64,000 bases of DNA from Gemmatimonadota bacterium. Lineage in GTDB: Bacteria; Gemmatimonadota; Gemmatimonadetes; Palauibacterales; Palauibacteraceae. How positions within the stretch are numbered: position 1 is the stretch's first letter; each line of letters opens with the position of its first letter. The position numbers and the translations under genes are program-made. Below the pieces are notes generated by a model. It had not been told where the DNA came from and ran no database searches. It worked only from the letters and a program-made list of their open reading frames with translations. Positions 27,101 through 37,527 of this stretch are shown piece after piece. Where the stretch lies: positions 3,497 through 67,496 of the forward strand of contig JAWOIN010000160.1 of assembly GCA_046484665.1 (NCBI GenBank), written 5' to 3'.

Positions 27101-27622
27101 GTGAGCTACCTCGAGTTCCTGGCCCGCTGGCACAACCTGCCGTTCCTCGCCCTCGCCCTCGGCGCCCTCGTCGCGGGGCTTCGGGGACGGACGACGCGGC
27201 GTCGCACGACCGCCCTGTCGACGGGGCTCGCGGCGGCCGCGTTGATCGGGCTCACCTGGAACGGCGCGCTGCACGACCTCGGGGTCGAGGACTACGGCCG
27301 CCGGTTCCCGCTGGTCCTCCTCGTCTCCCTCGTCGCCGGCGGCCTGCTCGGCGTCGGGCTCGACCGCCTCCGCCGACGCGTGTTCCCGCCCGTGGAGGGA
27401 GTCGCGTTCACGGAGCCCGGCCTCGAGGGGAGCGATGCGCGGATCGTCTCGCGCACGGCCGGTCCGGAGCCGGCGTCGGGCCGCGCCCAATGGCAGGACG
27501 AGGCCGGGGTGATCCACGTGATCCGGGTCCACACGTCGGGCGACGTGCTCCGGTTCGGCAGGCGCGTGCGCCTCGCCGAGTGGGACGAGGCCGCGCGCTC
27601 GTATCTCGTGGAGACGGTCTGA
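27101..27622 (+). CDS. Hypothetical membrane protein
   Basis: Two to three predicted TM helices are followed by a small C-terminal beta-rich domain (GVIHVIRVHTSGDVLRFGRRVRLAEWDE) that may be NfeD-like or an OB fold. Confidence 0.5.
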   Translation: MSYLEFLARWHNLPFLALALGALVAGLRGRTTRRRTTALSTGLAAAALIGLTWNGALHDLGVEDYGRRFPLVLLVSLVAGGLLGVGLDRLRRRVFPPVEGVAFTEPGLEGSDARIVSRTAGPEPASGRAQWQDEAGVIHVIRVHTSGDVLRFGRRVRLAEWDEAARSYLVETV

Positions 27623-27655
27623 GAGGTCGACGGGCCGCCGGGGCCCGTCCCCGCA

Positions 27656-28942
27656 TCAGGTCAGCGGCAGCTCGCTTTCGAGCAGCGACCGGCTCACCGT
27701 GACGTCGGGGACCGATCCGAGGTCCAGCCGGCGGGGCGGATCGAGCGGGCGCCAGTCCGCGTCCCACGCGAGCTCGACGACGGGCCGGAACAGGTTCTCC
27801 GGGTCCGTCTCCACCACCCGCCCGATCCCGCCCGTGCTCAGTTGCACCCAGCTGTCGAGCGGGAACGCCGAGATCTCGTTCACCAGCGCGGCCACCACGC
27901 CGGGGTCGAACCACTCTCCCGCCATCCCCGTGATCTGTTCGAGCGCCTCGAGCGCGGTGTTCGGCGAGCGGTAGGTCCGCGGGTGCGACAGAGCCTCGAA
28001 CACGTCGGCCACGGCGAGCGTCCGGGCGAGGGGGTCGATCGCGGTCCCGGACAGCCCGATCGGGTATCCCTGGCCGTGCCGTCGCTCGTGCTCCTGGAGG
28101 ACGGCCCTCCGCAGCCAGTCGTGGCGGGGGAGGTGCGGCTCGAGGAGCGCGGCCCCCAGCTCCGGATGGCGGCGCAGCTCGGCCCGGTCCTCCTCCGACC
28201 ACCGGCCGGGGTTCTCGAGCAGGCGAGCCGGCAGGAGAGCCATCCCGAGGTCGTGGACGAGTCCGGCCTGCACGGAGCGGATCACGTCCTCGGACGGGAG
28301 CGCCATGCCCATCGCGATCCGGCCCGCGATCACCGCGACGTTGACGGAGTGGCTCGCGAGATCCGTCGCAGGGTGCGGCTCGAGCGACCGGTTCACGAGG
28401 GCGTTGTCGTGGATGAGCGCGGTGTGGATCCGCTCCGCCGCGACCCGCGTCTCCTCGAGCTCCGGAGCCCTGCCGTCGCGGGCCGCCGCCAGAACGGCTT
28501 CCGCCGCCGCGCGGGCCCCGGCGTAGAGCCCTGCGGCGTCGCCGCGGGCCGGGCCGCGGACGCGGGCGCGGACGGAGGTCCCGCTCCGCCCTCCGGCCCG
28601 GGCGAGGAGCCCGCGGCAGGCGGCGACGAGCACGTCGGCCGAGCAGGGGAGGGAGAGGTGGAGCGCCGCGTCCCCGGGGCCGGGGGCGCCAGGAGTCTCG
28701 GGGTCGAGCAGCAGCAGCGCCGGCGGAGCACCGGGGCCGAGCAGCTCGCGGGCTCCCGGGGCGGCCGCGTGGACGACGACGAGGCCGGTCGCGGGGTCGG
28801 GCCGCTCGCCGGGCGCCAGGAGGCGGAGCGACGCGTCCACCTCGCCGAGCGCGGCCCGCAGGCCCTCCGCGCCCGAGCCGGGCAACAGGGCGGCCAGCGC
28901 GGGAGCGTGCGGCGCACGCGATGTAGTCTCGGCGTCGTTCAT
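27656..28942 (-). CDS. HD-GYP domain phosphodiesterase with a degenerate receiver-like N-domain
   Basis: The HD-GYP core reads HSVNVAV...HDLGM...HHERRHGQGYP. The N-terminal ~190 aa resemble a degenerate REC domain (LVVVHAAAPGARELL...LLLLDPE). The start is ATG at 28942 (MNDAETT). The longer track ORF overlaps the divergent DUF423 gene. Confidence 0.8.
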   Translation of the reverse strand: MNDAETTSRAPHAPALAALLPGSGAEGLRAALGEVDASLRLLAPGERPDPATGLVVVHAAAPGARELLGPGAPPALLLLDPETPGAPGPGDAALHLSLPCSADVLVAACRGLLARAGGRSGTSVRARVRGPARGDAAGLYAGARAAAEAVLAAARDGRAPELEETRVAAERIHTALIHDNALVNRSLEPHPATDLASHSVNVAVIAGRIAMGMALPSEDVIRSVQAGLVHDLGMALLPARLLENPGRWSEEDRAELRRHPELGAALLEPHLPRHDWLRRAVLQEHERRHGQGYPIGLSGTAIDPLARTLAVADVFEALSHPRTYRSPNTALEALEQITGMAGEWFDPGVVAALVNEISAFPLDSWVQLSTGGIGRVVETDPENLFRPVVELAWDADWRPLDPPRRLDLGSVPDVTVSRSLLESELPLT

Positions 28943-29077
28943 CGGTCCGTCTCCGGGTGTCGTGCGCCCGTCCGGAGCGGGCGGCATCGGTACGGTCCGT
29001 GCAAGTTCCGGGCTCGCGGCCCCCGGGTGAAGTGCGGTCCCCTCGCGCGGCCCGCGCCCCCCGCCCATCTTCCCCGC

Positions 29078-29452
29078 ATGCAGCGGCTCGCGTGGGTCCT
29101 CGGCTCCCTGTCCGCCTTCGCGGGCGTCGCGGCGGGCGCGTTCGGCGCGCACGCCCTCCGCACCCGCATCGCGCCCGAACTGCTGGCCGTCTACGATACG
29201 GGGGTCCGCTACCAGCTGTTGCACGCCCTCGCGCTGCTGCTCGTCGGACTCGCGGCCGCCCGCTGGCCGGCGGGCGGCTGGTCCGGGCCGGTCTGGCTGT
29301 TCGCCGCCGGGACGGTCCTGTTCTCGGGCAGCCTCTACGCGCTCGCGATCTCCGGCGTCCGCTGGCTCGGCGCGATCACGCCGCTCGGCGGGCTCTGCTT
29401 CCTCGCGGGCTGGGCGCTCCTCCTCCTGGCAGGGCTCCGCTCCGTCGACTGA
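29078..29452 (+). CDS. DUF423 domain membrane protein
   Basis: 124 aa with four TM segments. The N-terminus MQRLAWVLGSLSAFAGVAAGAFGAHAL is typical of the YgdD/TMEM256 family. Confidence 0.75.
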   Translation: MQRLAWVLGSLSAFAGVAAGAFGAHALRTRIAPELLAVYDTGVRYQLLHALALLLVGLAAARWPAGGWSGPVWLFAAGTVLFSGSLYALAISGVRWLGAITPLGGLCFLAGWALLLLAGLRSVD

Positions 29453-29491
29453 CACCCCCGGCCGCAGGCGACGCGACGCCGTCCCGCCCGG

Positions 29492-30046
29492 TCAGAGCCG
29501 CGGCGGCGTGACGCCCCGCTGCCCCTGGTACTTCCCCTTCTTGTCGGCGTAGCTGACCTCGCACGGCTCGTCGGACTCGAAGAACAGGACCTGCGCGATC
29601 CCCTCGTTCGCGTAGATGCGGGCCGGGAGCGGGGTCGTGTTGCTGATCTCGAGCGTCACGTTGCCCTCCCACTCGGGCTCGAACGGGGTGACGTTCGTGA
29701 TGATCCCGCAGCGCGCGTAGGTGGACTTTCCGACGCAGATCGACAGCACATCGCGCGGAATCCGGAAGTACTCCACCGAGCGCGCGAGCGCGAAGGAATT
29801 CGGGGGCACGATGCACACGTCCCCCTCGAACTCGACGAACGAGCGCTCGTCGAAGGCCTTCGGGTCGACGACCGGGGCGAGCGCGTTGTGGAAGATCCGG
29901 AACTCGTTCGAAACGCGCATGTCGTAGCCGTAGCTGCTGAGGCCGTAGGAGATCCTGCCCTCCCGGACCTGCCGCTCCTCGAAGGGCTCGATCATGCCGT
30001 GCTCCATCGCCATGCGACGGATCCAGCGGTCACTCTTGATGCTCAT
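29492..30046 (-). CDS. dcd: dCTP deaminase
   Basis: 184 aa beginning [24 protein letters not shown]. It carries [10 protein letters not shown] and a dUTPase-like fold. Confidence 0.9.
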   Translation of the reverse strand: MSIKSDRWIRRMAMEHGMIEPFEERQVREGRISYGLSSYGYDMRVSNEFRIFHNALAPVVDPKAFDERSFVEFEGDVCIVPPNSFALARSVEYFRIPRDVLSICVGKSTYARCGIITNVTPFEPEWEGNVTLEISNTTPLPARIYANEGIAQVLFFESDEPCEVSYADKKGKYQGQRGVTPPRL

Positions 30047-30885
30047 CCCGGCTCTCTCCCTCGGTCGACGATCCGCGGCTCTCCCGCCCGGAGCGGGACT
30101 CGTCCAGCCCGGCGATCCAGCGGGCGACCCGGTCGGGCTCCTCCTCCGGGATCCCGTGGGCGCAGTCCTCGAGCACCGTGAAGCGGGCGCCCAGCGCGAC
30201 GGCCCAGCGCCGCGCCGTCTCCACCGGCGTCCGGCGGTCGAGACGCCCCGCCACGACGTGCGCCGGGATCGCGAGCGGCCGCTCCGGCACCGCCAGCTCG
30301 GCGGGCCGCCAGTCGGCCAGCGCCCGGACCAGGGCCCGCGCCCGCGCGGGATCCGCGAACGGCGCGGCGTAGCGGTCCACGGCGTCCTCCGTGGCGGCGC
30401 CGGCGTCCGCGTACACGCGCCGCGTGAGGATATAGCGGGTCAGCGGGCTGCGGAAGTGTCGAAGCGGGCCGGCGCAGAGGCGCGGCGCAGCCGGAAGGCG
30501 CAGCAGTCCCAGGATGGCCGGCCGCGCTGTCCACGGCGTCACCGGGTTGAGGAGGATCAGACCGCGGCACTCGGTCCTCCGCGCCAGCGACACGGCGAGC
30601 GCCGCGCCGTGCGAGTGTCCGGCGACGAGCGGAGGTCCCGACCCGGTCGACGCGAGGACGGCGAGCAGCCGCTCCGTCTCCTCCGCGAGGCCGAACCGGG
30701 CCCGGGCCGAGCAGGCGGACTCGCCACGGCCCGCGAGGTCGGGCACGATGACCCGGAACCGACCCTCCAGGAGAAGGGTCACGGCCTCCCACTCCCCTCC
30801 GTGGGCGCTCAGCCCGTGCACGAGGAGAAGGTCGGGGCCGCCGCCGCCCACCTGGACGGAGAGGGTCGCGTCGCGTGTCTCCACC
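30030..30885 (-). CDS. Alpha/beta hydrolase fold protein
   Basis: It carries a nucleophile elbow ([10 protein letters not shown]) and [10 protein letters not shown]. The start is uncertain: GTG at 30885 or ATG at 31034. The longer track ORF runs into the nuoA region. Confidence 0.75.
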
Positions 30886-31009
30886 CGGACCCGGCCGGGC
30901 CTCGCGCGTGGCTCTTGTGCGATGGGACCCCTCGTTGTCTCTTGTCCGCAACGCGTTCCGGCCGACCCCGCGGGGGGCCGGAGAGGACCTCGTAACTTCG
31001 CACTTTTTC

Positions 31010-31039
31010 TTGACGTCTGAAACCGCCGGACCATAAGTT
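31010..31039 (+). promoter_or_regulatory. Candidate promoter for the nuo operon: TTGACG, 18-nt spacer, TAAGTT
   Basis: An AT-rich patch in the divergent hydrolase/nuoA intergenic region. The -35-like box is at 31010-31015 and the -10-like box at 31034-31039. Confidence 0.3.
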
Positions 31040-31082
31040 CGGCGCGGCATGTGACACCCTTCACAAAGTGCCGGGACGGGCC

Positions 31083-31439
31083 ATGCGCCAGGCATACATC
31101 GGCATCGCGATCCTGCTCCTCGTCGGGGTTCTCAACGCGCTGCTCTTCCTCGTCCTTTCGCACCTCTCGAGCGTGCGACGGCCGACGCCCGCGAAGGCGG
31201 CCCCGTACGAGTCGGGGATGAGCCCGCTCGGCGACACACGCGAGCGCTTTTCCGTGAAATTCTACATCGTCGCGATGCTGTTCATCGTGTTCGACATCGA
31301 GACGATCTTCTTCCTGCCGTGGGCGGCGGTCTTCCGCGAGCTGGGGCTGTTCGGCCTGGTCGAGATGTTCGTGTTCGTGCTCGTCCTGGCCGTCGGCCTC
31401 GCCTACGCCTGGAAGAAGGGGGCCCTCGAGTGGGACTGA
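31083..31439 (+). CDS. nuoA: NADH-quinone oxidoreductase subunit A
   Basis: The N-terminus MRQAYIGIAILLLVGVLNALLF is followed by FYIVAMLFIVFDIETIFFLPWA. The alternative GTG start is at 31068. Confidence 0.9.
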   Translation: MRQAYIGIAILLLVGVLNALLFLVLSHLSSVRRPTPAKAAPYESGMSPLGDTRERFSVKFYIVAMLFIVFDIETIFFLPWAAVFRELGLFGLVEMFVFVLVLAVGLAYAWKKGALEWD

Positions 31440-31457
31440 CCCAGGGACGGGATTCGG

Positions 31458-32162
31458 ATGGCGAACGGACGGATTGACCTCCCTACGATCGGGAGCGCGG
31501 ATGCGGGGGAGCTGGACACCGGCGTGCCGCGCTCGTGGATCACGACGCGGCTCGACTACCTCATCAACTGGTCGCGGCGGAACTCGCTGTGGCCGATGCC
31601 GTTCGGCACGGCCTGCTGCGCGATCGAGATGATGGCGGCCGCGGCGTCGAAGTACGACCTCGCGCGCTTCGGGATGGAACGGATGTCGTTCAGCCCCCGG
31701 CAGGCGGACCTGATGATCGTGGCGGGGCGCGTCTCATACAAGCTGGCGCCTGTGATGCGGCGGATCTGGGACCAGATGCCGCAGCCGAAGTGGTGCGTCT
31801 CGATGGGGGCGTGCGCGAGCAGCGGCGGCATGTTCGACAACTACACGATCGTGCAGGGGATCGACCAGATCGTGCCGGTGGACGTGTACGTGCCGGGCTG
31901 CCCGCCCCGTCCCGAGAGCCTCATCTACGGCCTCCTGATGATCCAGGAGAAGATCAAGGGCGAGTCGCTGAAGAACGAGGCGCTGCGAGCAGAGAACCCG
32001 GACGCCGCGGGCCGCCCGAATCTACCTCCCGACGCGATCGAGCTCGTGGCGCAGCCGTTCGGGAACTCCACCCGCCAGAACCGCGTGAGCGGCATCGAGG
32101 GAGCGGGCCCGCTCCAGCGCCCGCGCGATCGACGCGAGCGGCTGCTCGAGCACCAGGACTGA
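31458..32162 (+). CDS. nuoB: NADH-quinone oxidoreductase subunit B
   Basis: It carries [18 protein letters not shown] and GCPPRPE, the ligands of the N2 4Fe-4S cluster. Confidence 0.93.
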   Translation: MANGRIDLPTIGSADAGELDTGVPRSWITTRLDYLINWSRRNSLWPMPFGTACCAIEMMAAAASKYDLARFGMERMSFSPRQADLMIVAGRVSYKLAPVMRRIWDQMPQPKWCVSMGACASSGGMFDNYTIVQGIDQIVPVDVYVPGCPPRPESLIYGLLMIQEKIKGESLKNEALRAENPDAAGRPNLPPDAIELVAQPFGNSTRQNRVSGIEGAGPLQRPRDRRERLLEHQD

Positions 32163-32166
32163 CGAC

Positions 32167-34038
32167 ATGGCCTCGACCCCCGTTTCCCAGGCGCCGGCGG
32201 AGCTGATCGTCGGCGCGCGCCGGCGGGAGGGCGGCCCCGCCGCCGACCCGGCCGTCGTCGCGCTCCGCAGGCGGTTCGGCGCCGCGATCCTCGCGGTCGG
32301 CGCCGACGCGATCGGCACCCCGGTCGTCGTCGTGGAGCCGTCGCGCTCGTTCGACCTCCTGGAGTTCCTGAAGACGGACCCAGCGACGTCCTGCGACCAC
32401 CTCGCGGACGTGATGGGCGTGGACGTCGGGGGGGGGCGGCCGATCCGGGTCTGGTACCAGCTCTGGTCGCACCTCCACGGGCATGCCCTCCGGGTGGAGG
32501 CGCGCGTTCCGTACGACGACCTGCGGCTCCGTTCCGTCGTCCCGCTGTGGCGCACGGCGAACTGGCTGGAGCGGGAGGTCTACGACATGTTCGGCGTGAC
32601 CTTCGACGGGCACCCGGACCTGCGCCGGATCCTGATGCCGGAGAACTACGACGAGGGCTTCCCGCTCCGGAAGGATTTCCCGCTCCGCGGCAGGTTCACC
32701 CGCTCCGAACAGGTACGCCGCTGCCTGAGCCGGAGCGCCGAGGACGTGTACGCCCGCGAGGAGCTCGAGATGGCGGGCGTCCTCCCCGGCTCGAGGGCGC
32801 CGGGCGACGAGGCCCCGGGGCTGACCGAGCTCCCGGCCGGGACGATGCCGGAGTCGGTAGCCGACGGTCTCGAGGCCCGGAGGATGGTGATCAACATGGG
32901 CCCGCAGCACCCGGCCACTCACGGCGTGCTGCGGCTCGTGCTGCAGCTCGACGGCGAGACGGTCGAGCGCTGCATCCCGCACATCGGCTACCTCCACACC
33001 GGCTTCGAGAAGACCTGCGAGTACCGCGAGTGGAACCAGGTGGTCCCCTATACGGACCGCATGGACTACCTCGCGCCGATGATCTACAACGTGGCGTACG
33101 CGGGCGCGGTGGAGAGCCTGCTCGGCGTCGAGATCACGCCCCGCTGCCGCGTGTTCCGGGTCATCCTCACGGAGCTGAACCGGATCTTCGGACACCTGCT
33201 GTGGCTGGGGACGACCGCGATCGACCTCGGCGCCTTCACCGTGTTCCTCTACACGTTCGAGGAGCGCGAGAAGATCCACAACTTGCACGAGGCCTACTGC
33301 GGGGCGCGGATCACCAACTCGGCGACCCGGATCGGCGGAATGATGGCGGACCTGCCCGTGGGGTGGTTGGAGGCCTGCCGTGAGTTCGTCCGGAACCTCC
33401 CTCCGACGATCGACGAGAGCGAGCGCCTGCTCACGAACAACGCGATCTGGCAGGCCCGGACGATCGACGTCGGCGTGATCGACGCCCCCACGGCAGTCAG
33501 CTTCGGTCTCACGGGCCCGAACCTCCGCGCGAGCGGCGTTCCGTACGACGTCCGCAAGGCGCGGCCGTACCTGGGCTACGAGGAGTACGACTTCGACGTC
33601 CCCGTCGGCGAGCGCGGCGACGTCTACGACCGCTACCTGGTCCGGCTCGAGGAGATGCGTCAGAGCCTCCGCATCCTCGAGCAGGCGCTGGACCGGCTGC
33701 CGGGCGGTCCGATGAACGTCGACGACCCGACGGTGATTCTTCCGCCCAAGAGCGAGGCGATGTCTTCTATCGACACGATGATCGCCCACTTCAAGCTGGT
33801 GATGGAGGGGCTGCAGGTCCCGGCGGGCGAGGTGTGGTACTCGGTCGAGGCCTCGAAGGGCGAGCTCGGGATCGGAATCGTTTCGGACGGGGGGTCCAAG
33901 CCCGTCCGCTGCCGGTTCCGCGCGCCGTCGTTCGTGAACCTCGGCGCCCTGCCGTACCTGGTCGAGGGCGGGCTCGTCTCGGACGTCATCGCCGTGAACG
34001 CGAGCATCGACATCGTGCTCGGCGAGATCGACCGCTGA
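32167..34038 (+). CDS. nuoCD: NADH-quinone oxidoreductase subunits C and D, fused
   Basis: 623 aa. The NuoC-like N-terminus ([26 protein letters not shown]) is joined to NuoD ([18 protein letters not shown]...[10 protein letters not shown]...). This is a single ORF with no internal stop. Confidence 0.92.
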   Translation: MASTPVSQAPAELIVGARRREGGPAADPAVVALRRRFGAAILAVGADAIGTPVVVVEPSRSFDLLEFLKTDPATSCDHLADVMGVDVGGGRPIRVWYQLWSHLHGHALRVEARVPYDDLRLRSVVPLWRTANWLEREVYDMFGVTFDGHPDLRRILMPENYDEGFPLRKDFPLRGRFTRSEQVRRCLSRSAEDVYAREELEMAGVLPGSRAPGDEAPGLTELPAGTMPESVADGLEARRMVINMGPQHPATHGVLRLVLQLDGETVERCIPHIGYLHTGFEKTCEYREWNQVVPYTDRMDYLAPMIYNVAYAGAVESLLGVEITPRCRVFRVILTELNRIFGHLLWLGTTAIDLGAFTVFLYTFEEREKIHNLHEAYCGARITNSATRIGGMMADLPVGWLEACREFVRNLPPTIDESERLLTNNAIWQARTIDVGVIDAPTAVSFGLTGPNLRASGVPYDVRKARPYLGYEEYDFDVPVGERGDVYDRYLVRLEEMRQSLRILEQALDRLPGGPMNVDDPTVILPPKSEAMSSIDTMIAHFKLVMEGLQVPAGEVWYSVEASKGELGIGIVSDGGSKPVRCRFRAPSFVNLGALPYLVEGGLVSDVIAVNASIDIVLGEIDR

Positions 34039-34081
34039 GCCGGACGGACCCGGTTTTCCCGAGGCAGAAAGAGCGCGAGAC

Positions 34082-34639
34082 GTGAAGAAGATCCATCCCG
34101 CCGTGGTCGCGGCACAGCCGTTTCAGGTGGCCGAGAACCGTCCGGTGGAGCGGCTGTTCGGGGACGAGGAGGGGAGGGACCGGCTCGCCAAGGCCGTGAG
34201 CCGCTACCCCGAGAGGAAGGCGGCGCTGCTGCCGATGCTCGCCTACGCGCAGGAACGGAACGGCTGGGTGTCGCCGGAGGCGATGGAGGAGATCGCCGGG
34301 GCGCTGGAGCTGACGCCCGCCTACGTCCGGTCCGTGGCCACGTTCTACACGATGTACGCGAAGCGGCCCGTGGGGCGGAACTGGATCCAGGTCTGCACCT
34401 GCATCTCCTGCCACCTGAACGGGGCGGAGGAGGTGTTCGAGACCTTCCTCGAGGAGACCGGCACGCGCGCCGGGGAGGTGTCGGCCGACGGGAAGTGGAC
34501 CGTGATCGAGGCCGAGTGCCTCGGCGCCTGCGGCTTCGCGACCGCCGTGCAGGTGAACGACCGGTACTTCGAGAACGTCACCCCGGAGAAGGTGCCGGAG
34601 GTGCTGGCAGAGCTCGAGAAGGGGCGATCCGAGGGATAG
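34082..34639 (+). CDS. nuoE: NADH-quinone oxidoreductase subunit E
   Basis: Thioredoxin-like 2Fe-2S protein carrying CTCISCHLNGAEEV...CLGACGFATAVQVN. Confidence 0.9.
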   Translation: MKKIHPAVVAAQPFQVAENRPVERLFGDEEGRDRLAKAVSRYPERKAALLPMLAYAQERNGWVSPEAMEEIAGALELTPAYVRSVATFYTMYAKRPVGRNWIQVCTCISCHLNGAEEVFETFLEETGTRAGEVSADGKWTVIEAECLGACGFATAVQVNDRYFENVTPEKVPEVLAELEKGRSEG

Positions 34640-35917
34640 ATGGGATACCCGCACAGTCACGACCTCGAGGTCGGGACGATCCTGTCCCGCCACTTCGGGG
34701 ACCCGAAGGCCCGCGAGCTCCGGACGTGGCTCTCGTACGGGGGCTACGAGGGACTGAACAAGGCCGTCGGGATGGAGCCGTCCGAGATCACGTCCGTCGT
34801 GAAGGACGCCGGGCTGCGCGGCCGGGGCGGGGCCGGCTTTCCGACCGGCCTCAAGTGGACCTTCATGCCGCAGGAGAAGAAGGGTCCCCACTACCTCTGC
34901 TGCAACGCGGACGAGTCCGAGCCGGGCGCGTTCAAGGACCGCGAGATCCTGCGCTGGGTCCCGCACCTCCTGGTCGAGGGCTGCCTGATCGCGGCGCGCG
35001 CGATCCGGGCCGAGCACGCCTACATCTACGTGCGCGGCGAGTACTTCCCGTTCACGAACATCCTCGCCGATGCCGTGGTCGAGGCGTACGAGGCGGGCTA
35101 CATCGGCGAGAACGTGCTCGGGAGCGGCTGGAGCTGCGACCTCACGGTCCACATCGGGGCGGGCGCCTACATCGCCGGCGAGGAGACGGGCCTCATGCAC
35201 TCGCTGGGCGGCGGCCGCGCGGAGCCTTGGATCAAGCCGCCGTTCCCGGCGCAGGCGGGCGTGTTCGGTCGCCCGACCACGGTGAACAACGTCGAGACGC
35301 TCGCCGCGGTGCCGATGATCCTCGTGAACGGCGCCCCGTGGTACCGGCAGTGGGGCACCGAGAGGAGCCCGGGAACGAAGCTGTGGTGCTGCTCGGGCCA
35401 CCTGCAGCGGCCCGGCAATTACGAGCTGGCGCTGGGCGTCCCGCTGAAGGACGTGATCTACGACGTGTGCGGGGGACCGCCGAACGGGAAGAGGGTGAAG
35501 GCCGTGATCCCGGGCGGCTCCTCGACGGCGCTTCTGACGGCCGACGAGCTCGACGTGGAGACCACCTACGAGGGCCTCCAGGCGGCGGGGAGCTCCCTCG
35601 GAACGGCGTCGCCGATCGTGATGGACGAGGACACGAACATCGTCCGCGCGACGCGGCGGATCGCGGACTTCTACGCCCACGAGTCCTGCGGACAGTGCGT
35701 TCAGTGCCGGGAGGGGACGGCGTGGGTGGCCAAGATCCTGAAGCGGATCGAGGACGGCGACGGAAGGCTCTCCGACCTCGACACCCTGTACGACCTGTGC
35801 GAGCAGCTCACCGGGCGCACGATCTGCGTCCTCGCCGACAGCGTCGTGTTCCCCCTCCGGTCCTCGCTGGACAAGTTCCGGGGCGAGTACGAGGCGCTGA
35901 TCGGCGGAAGAGCGTGA
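34640..35917 (+). CDS. nuoF: NADH-quinone oxidoreductase subunit F
   Basis: It carries GRGGAGFPTGLKW (FMN and NADH binding) and ESCGQCVQCREGT (4Fe-4S). Confidence 0.95.
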   Translation: MGYPHSHDLEVGTILSRHFGDPKARELRTWLSYGGYEGLNKAVGMEPSEITSVVKDAGLRGRGGAGFPTGLKWTFMPQEKKGPHYLCCNADESEPGAFKDREILRWVPHLLVEGCLIAARAIRAEHAYIYVRGEYFPFTNILADAVVEAYEAGYIGENVLGSGWSCDLTVHIGAGAYIAGEETGLMHSLGGGRAEPWIKPPFPAQAGVFGRPTTVNNVETLAAVPMILVNGAPWYRQWGTERSPGTKLWCCSGHLQRPGNYELALGVPLKDVIYDVCGGPPNGKRVKAVIPGGSSTALLTADELDVETTYEGLQAAGSSLGTASPIVMDEDTNIVRATRRIADFYAHESCGQCVQCREGTAWVAKILKRIEDGDGRLSDLDTLYDLCEQLTGRTICVLADSVVFPLRSSLDKFRGEYEALIGGRA

Positions 35918-35945
35918 ACCGAGCCCTGCGACGCGCGAGAGGCGC

Positions 35946-37526
35946 ATGAACGCACGCGAGACCGGGACGATCAGCCTGCGCATCGACGGCGTGGACGTCT
36001 CCGTGGAGAAGGGGACCACGGTGATCCGGGCCGCGGAGCGGGCCGGGATCGTCGTCCCGCACTACTGCTACCACCCCGGCATCCCGAGCCGGCCGGCGCA
36101 GTGCCGGATGTGCCTCGTGGAGATCGAGGGACAGCCCAAGCTCCAGCCTTCCTGCGTGCTCGAGGCGCAGGACGGGATGGTGGTGCTCACGGAGAGCGAC
36201 AAGGCGAAGGAGGCCCGTCGCTCGGTGATCGAGTTCCTGCTCCTGAACCACCCGCTGGACTGCCCGATCTGCGACGCGGCCGGACAATGCATGCTGCAGG
36301 ACTACGCGTTCGAGACGAAGCAGCTGAAGAGCCGCTTCGCGGAGGCCAAGCTCGTGCTCGGCCGCGACCGGATCGCGGACGACATCCTCTATTTCGCGGA
36401 CCGGTGCATCCTGTGCACCCGCTGCGTCCGCTTCATGCGCGATGTCGCGAAGGACGACGCGCTCATCGTCGCGCAACGCGGGCACAAGGCCTACATCGAC
36501 ACCTTTCCCGGCCGGGACCTCGAGAACGTGTTCCGGGGGAACATCGTGGATGTCTGCCCGGTCGGGGCGCTCGTCCACGAGGACTTCCTGCTCAAGGCAC
36601 GGTCGTGGGACATGGACCACGCTCCGAGCATCTGCGCGGGCTGCTCGAACGGCTGCAACATCGAGATCGACGTCACGGAGAACCAGGTCGTCCGGGTCAA
36701 GCCCCGCTACAATCCGGAGGTGAACGCCTACTGGATGTGCGACGTCGGCAGGCGCCACCTCGTGATGGCGAACCGGGGGCTGCGGGTCGAGCTCCCTCTC
36801 ATCCGGAGGAACGGAGAGCTCGAGGCGGTCCACTGGAGCGAGGCGCTTGCCTGGCTCGCCGAGAACCTGCCCGCGGGGAAGGGCGGCGCCGCGCTCGTGT
36901 CGCCCTCCGAGTCGACGGAAAACCTGTTCTACCTGCGCGCCCTGCTGCGGCGTCTCGGGATCAGAGGCGGAGTGTACCGACTGGAGCGCGGCACGGAGGC
37001 GACGCTGCCCGGATTCCCGTCACTCTCCCTTCGCGCCGAGCGCGCGCCGAACGGCGCCGGCGCGGAGGCGCTCGGATTCCGCGAGACGGAGGACCTGCCC
37101 GAGGTCGGGCCGGACGGAACGCTCGTCGTGCTCGGCGACCGGCTGCTCGACGCGGAGCCGGGGTACGGCGCCGACGCCGGGTTCTTCCTGTACGTCGGTT
37201 CCCACGTCTCGTCCGCGGCGCGTAACGCGACGGCCGTCCTGCCGGCGACGAGCTTCGCGGAGCAGGAGGGCAGCTTCGTGAGCCACGGAGGCCGGGTCCA
37301 GCGATTCCACCAGGCGCTGCGGCCGCCGGGCGTCGCCAGGCCGGCCTGGATGTCGCTCAGCCGCCTCCTGTCCCTGCTCGGCGACGGCGACGGCGTGATG
37401 AGCGCGGACGCGGCGTTCGAGGCCATGGCTTCCGGGGTCCCGGGCTTCTCAGGGCTCACGTGGTCGGGGCTCGGACTCAAGGGCGCCCGGGCCGGCGACG
37501 CCGCCCCGGCGCGGCAGGGGGCGTGA
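35946..37526 (+). CDS. nuoG: NADH-quinone oxidoreductase subunit G (short form)
   Basis: It carries the 2Fe-2S motif CYHPGIPSRPAQCRMC and the 4Fe-4S motifs CPICDAAGQC and CILCTRCVRF. At only 526 aa, the molybdopterin-like C-domain is truncated. Confidence 0.88.
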   Translation: MNARETGTISLRIDGVDVSVEKGTTVIRAAERAGIVVPHYCYHPGIPSRPAQCRMCLVEIEGQPKLQPSCVLEAQDGMVVLTESDKAKEARRSVIEFLLLNHPLDCPICDAAGQCMLQDYAFETKQLKSRFAEAKLVLGRDRIADDILYFADRCILCTRCVRFMRDVAKDDALIVAQRGHKAYIDTFPGRDLENVFRGNIVDVCPVGALVHEDFLLKARSWDMDHAPSICAGCSNGCNIEIDVTENQVVRVKPRYNPEVNAYWMCDVGRRHLVMANRGLRVELPLIRRNGELEAVHWSEALAWLAENLPAGKGGAALVSPSESTENLFYLRALLRRLGIRGGVYRLERGTEATLPGFPSLSLRAERAPNGAGAEALGFRETEDLPEVGPDGTLVVLGDRLLDAEPGYGADAGFFLYVGSHVSSAARNATAVLPATSFAEQEGSFVSHGGRVQRFHQALRPPGVARPAWMSLSRLLSLLGDGDGVMSADAAFEAMASGVPGFSGLTWSGLGLKGARAGDAAPARQGA

Positions 37527-37527
37527 C

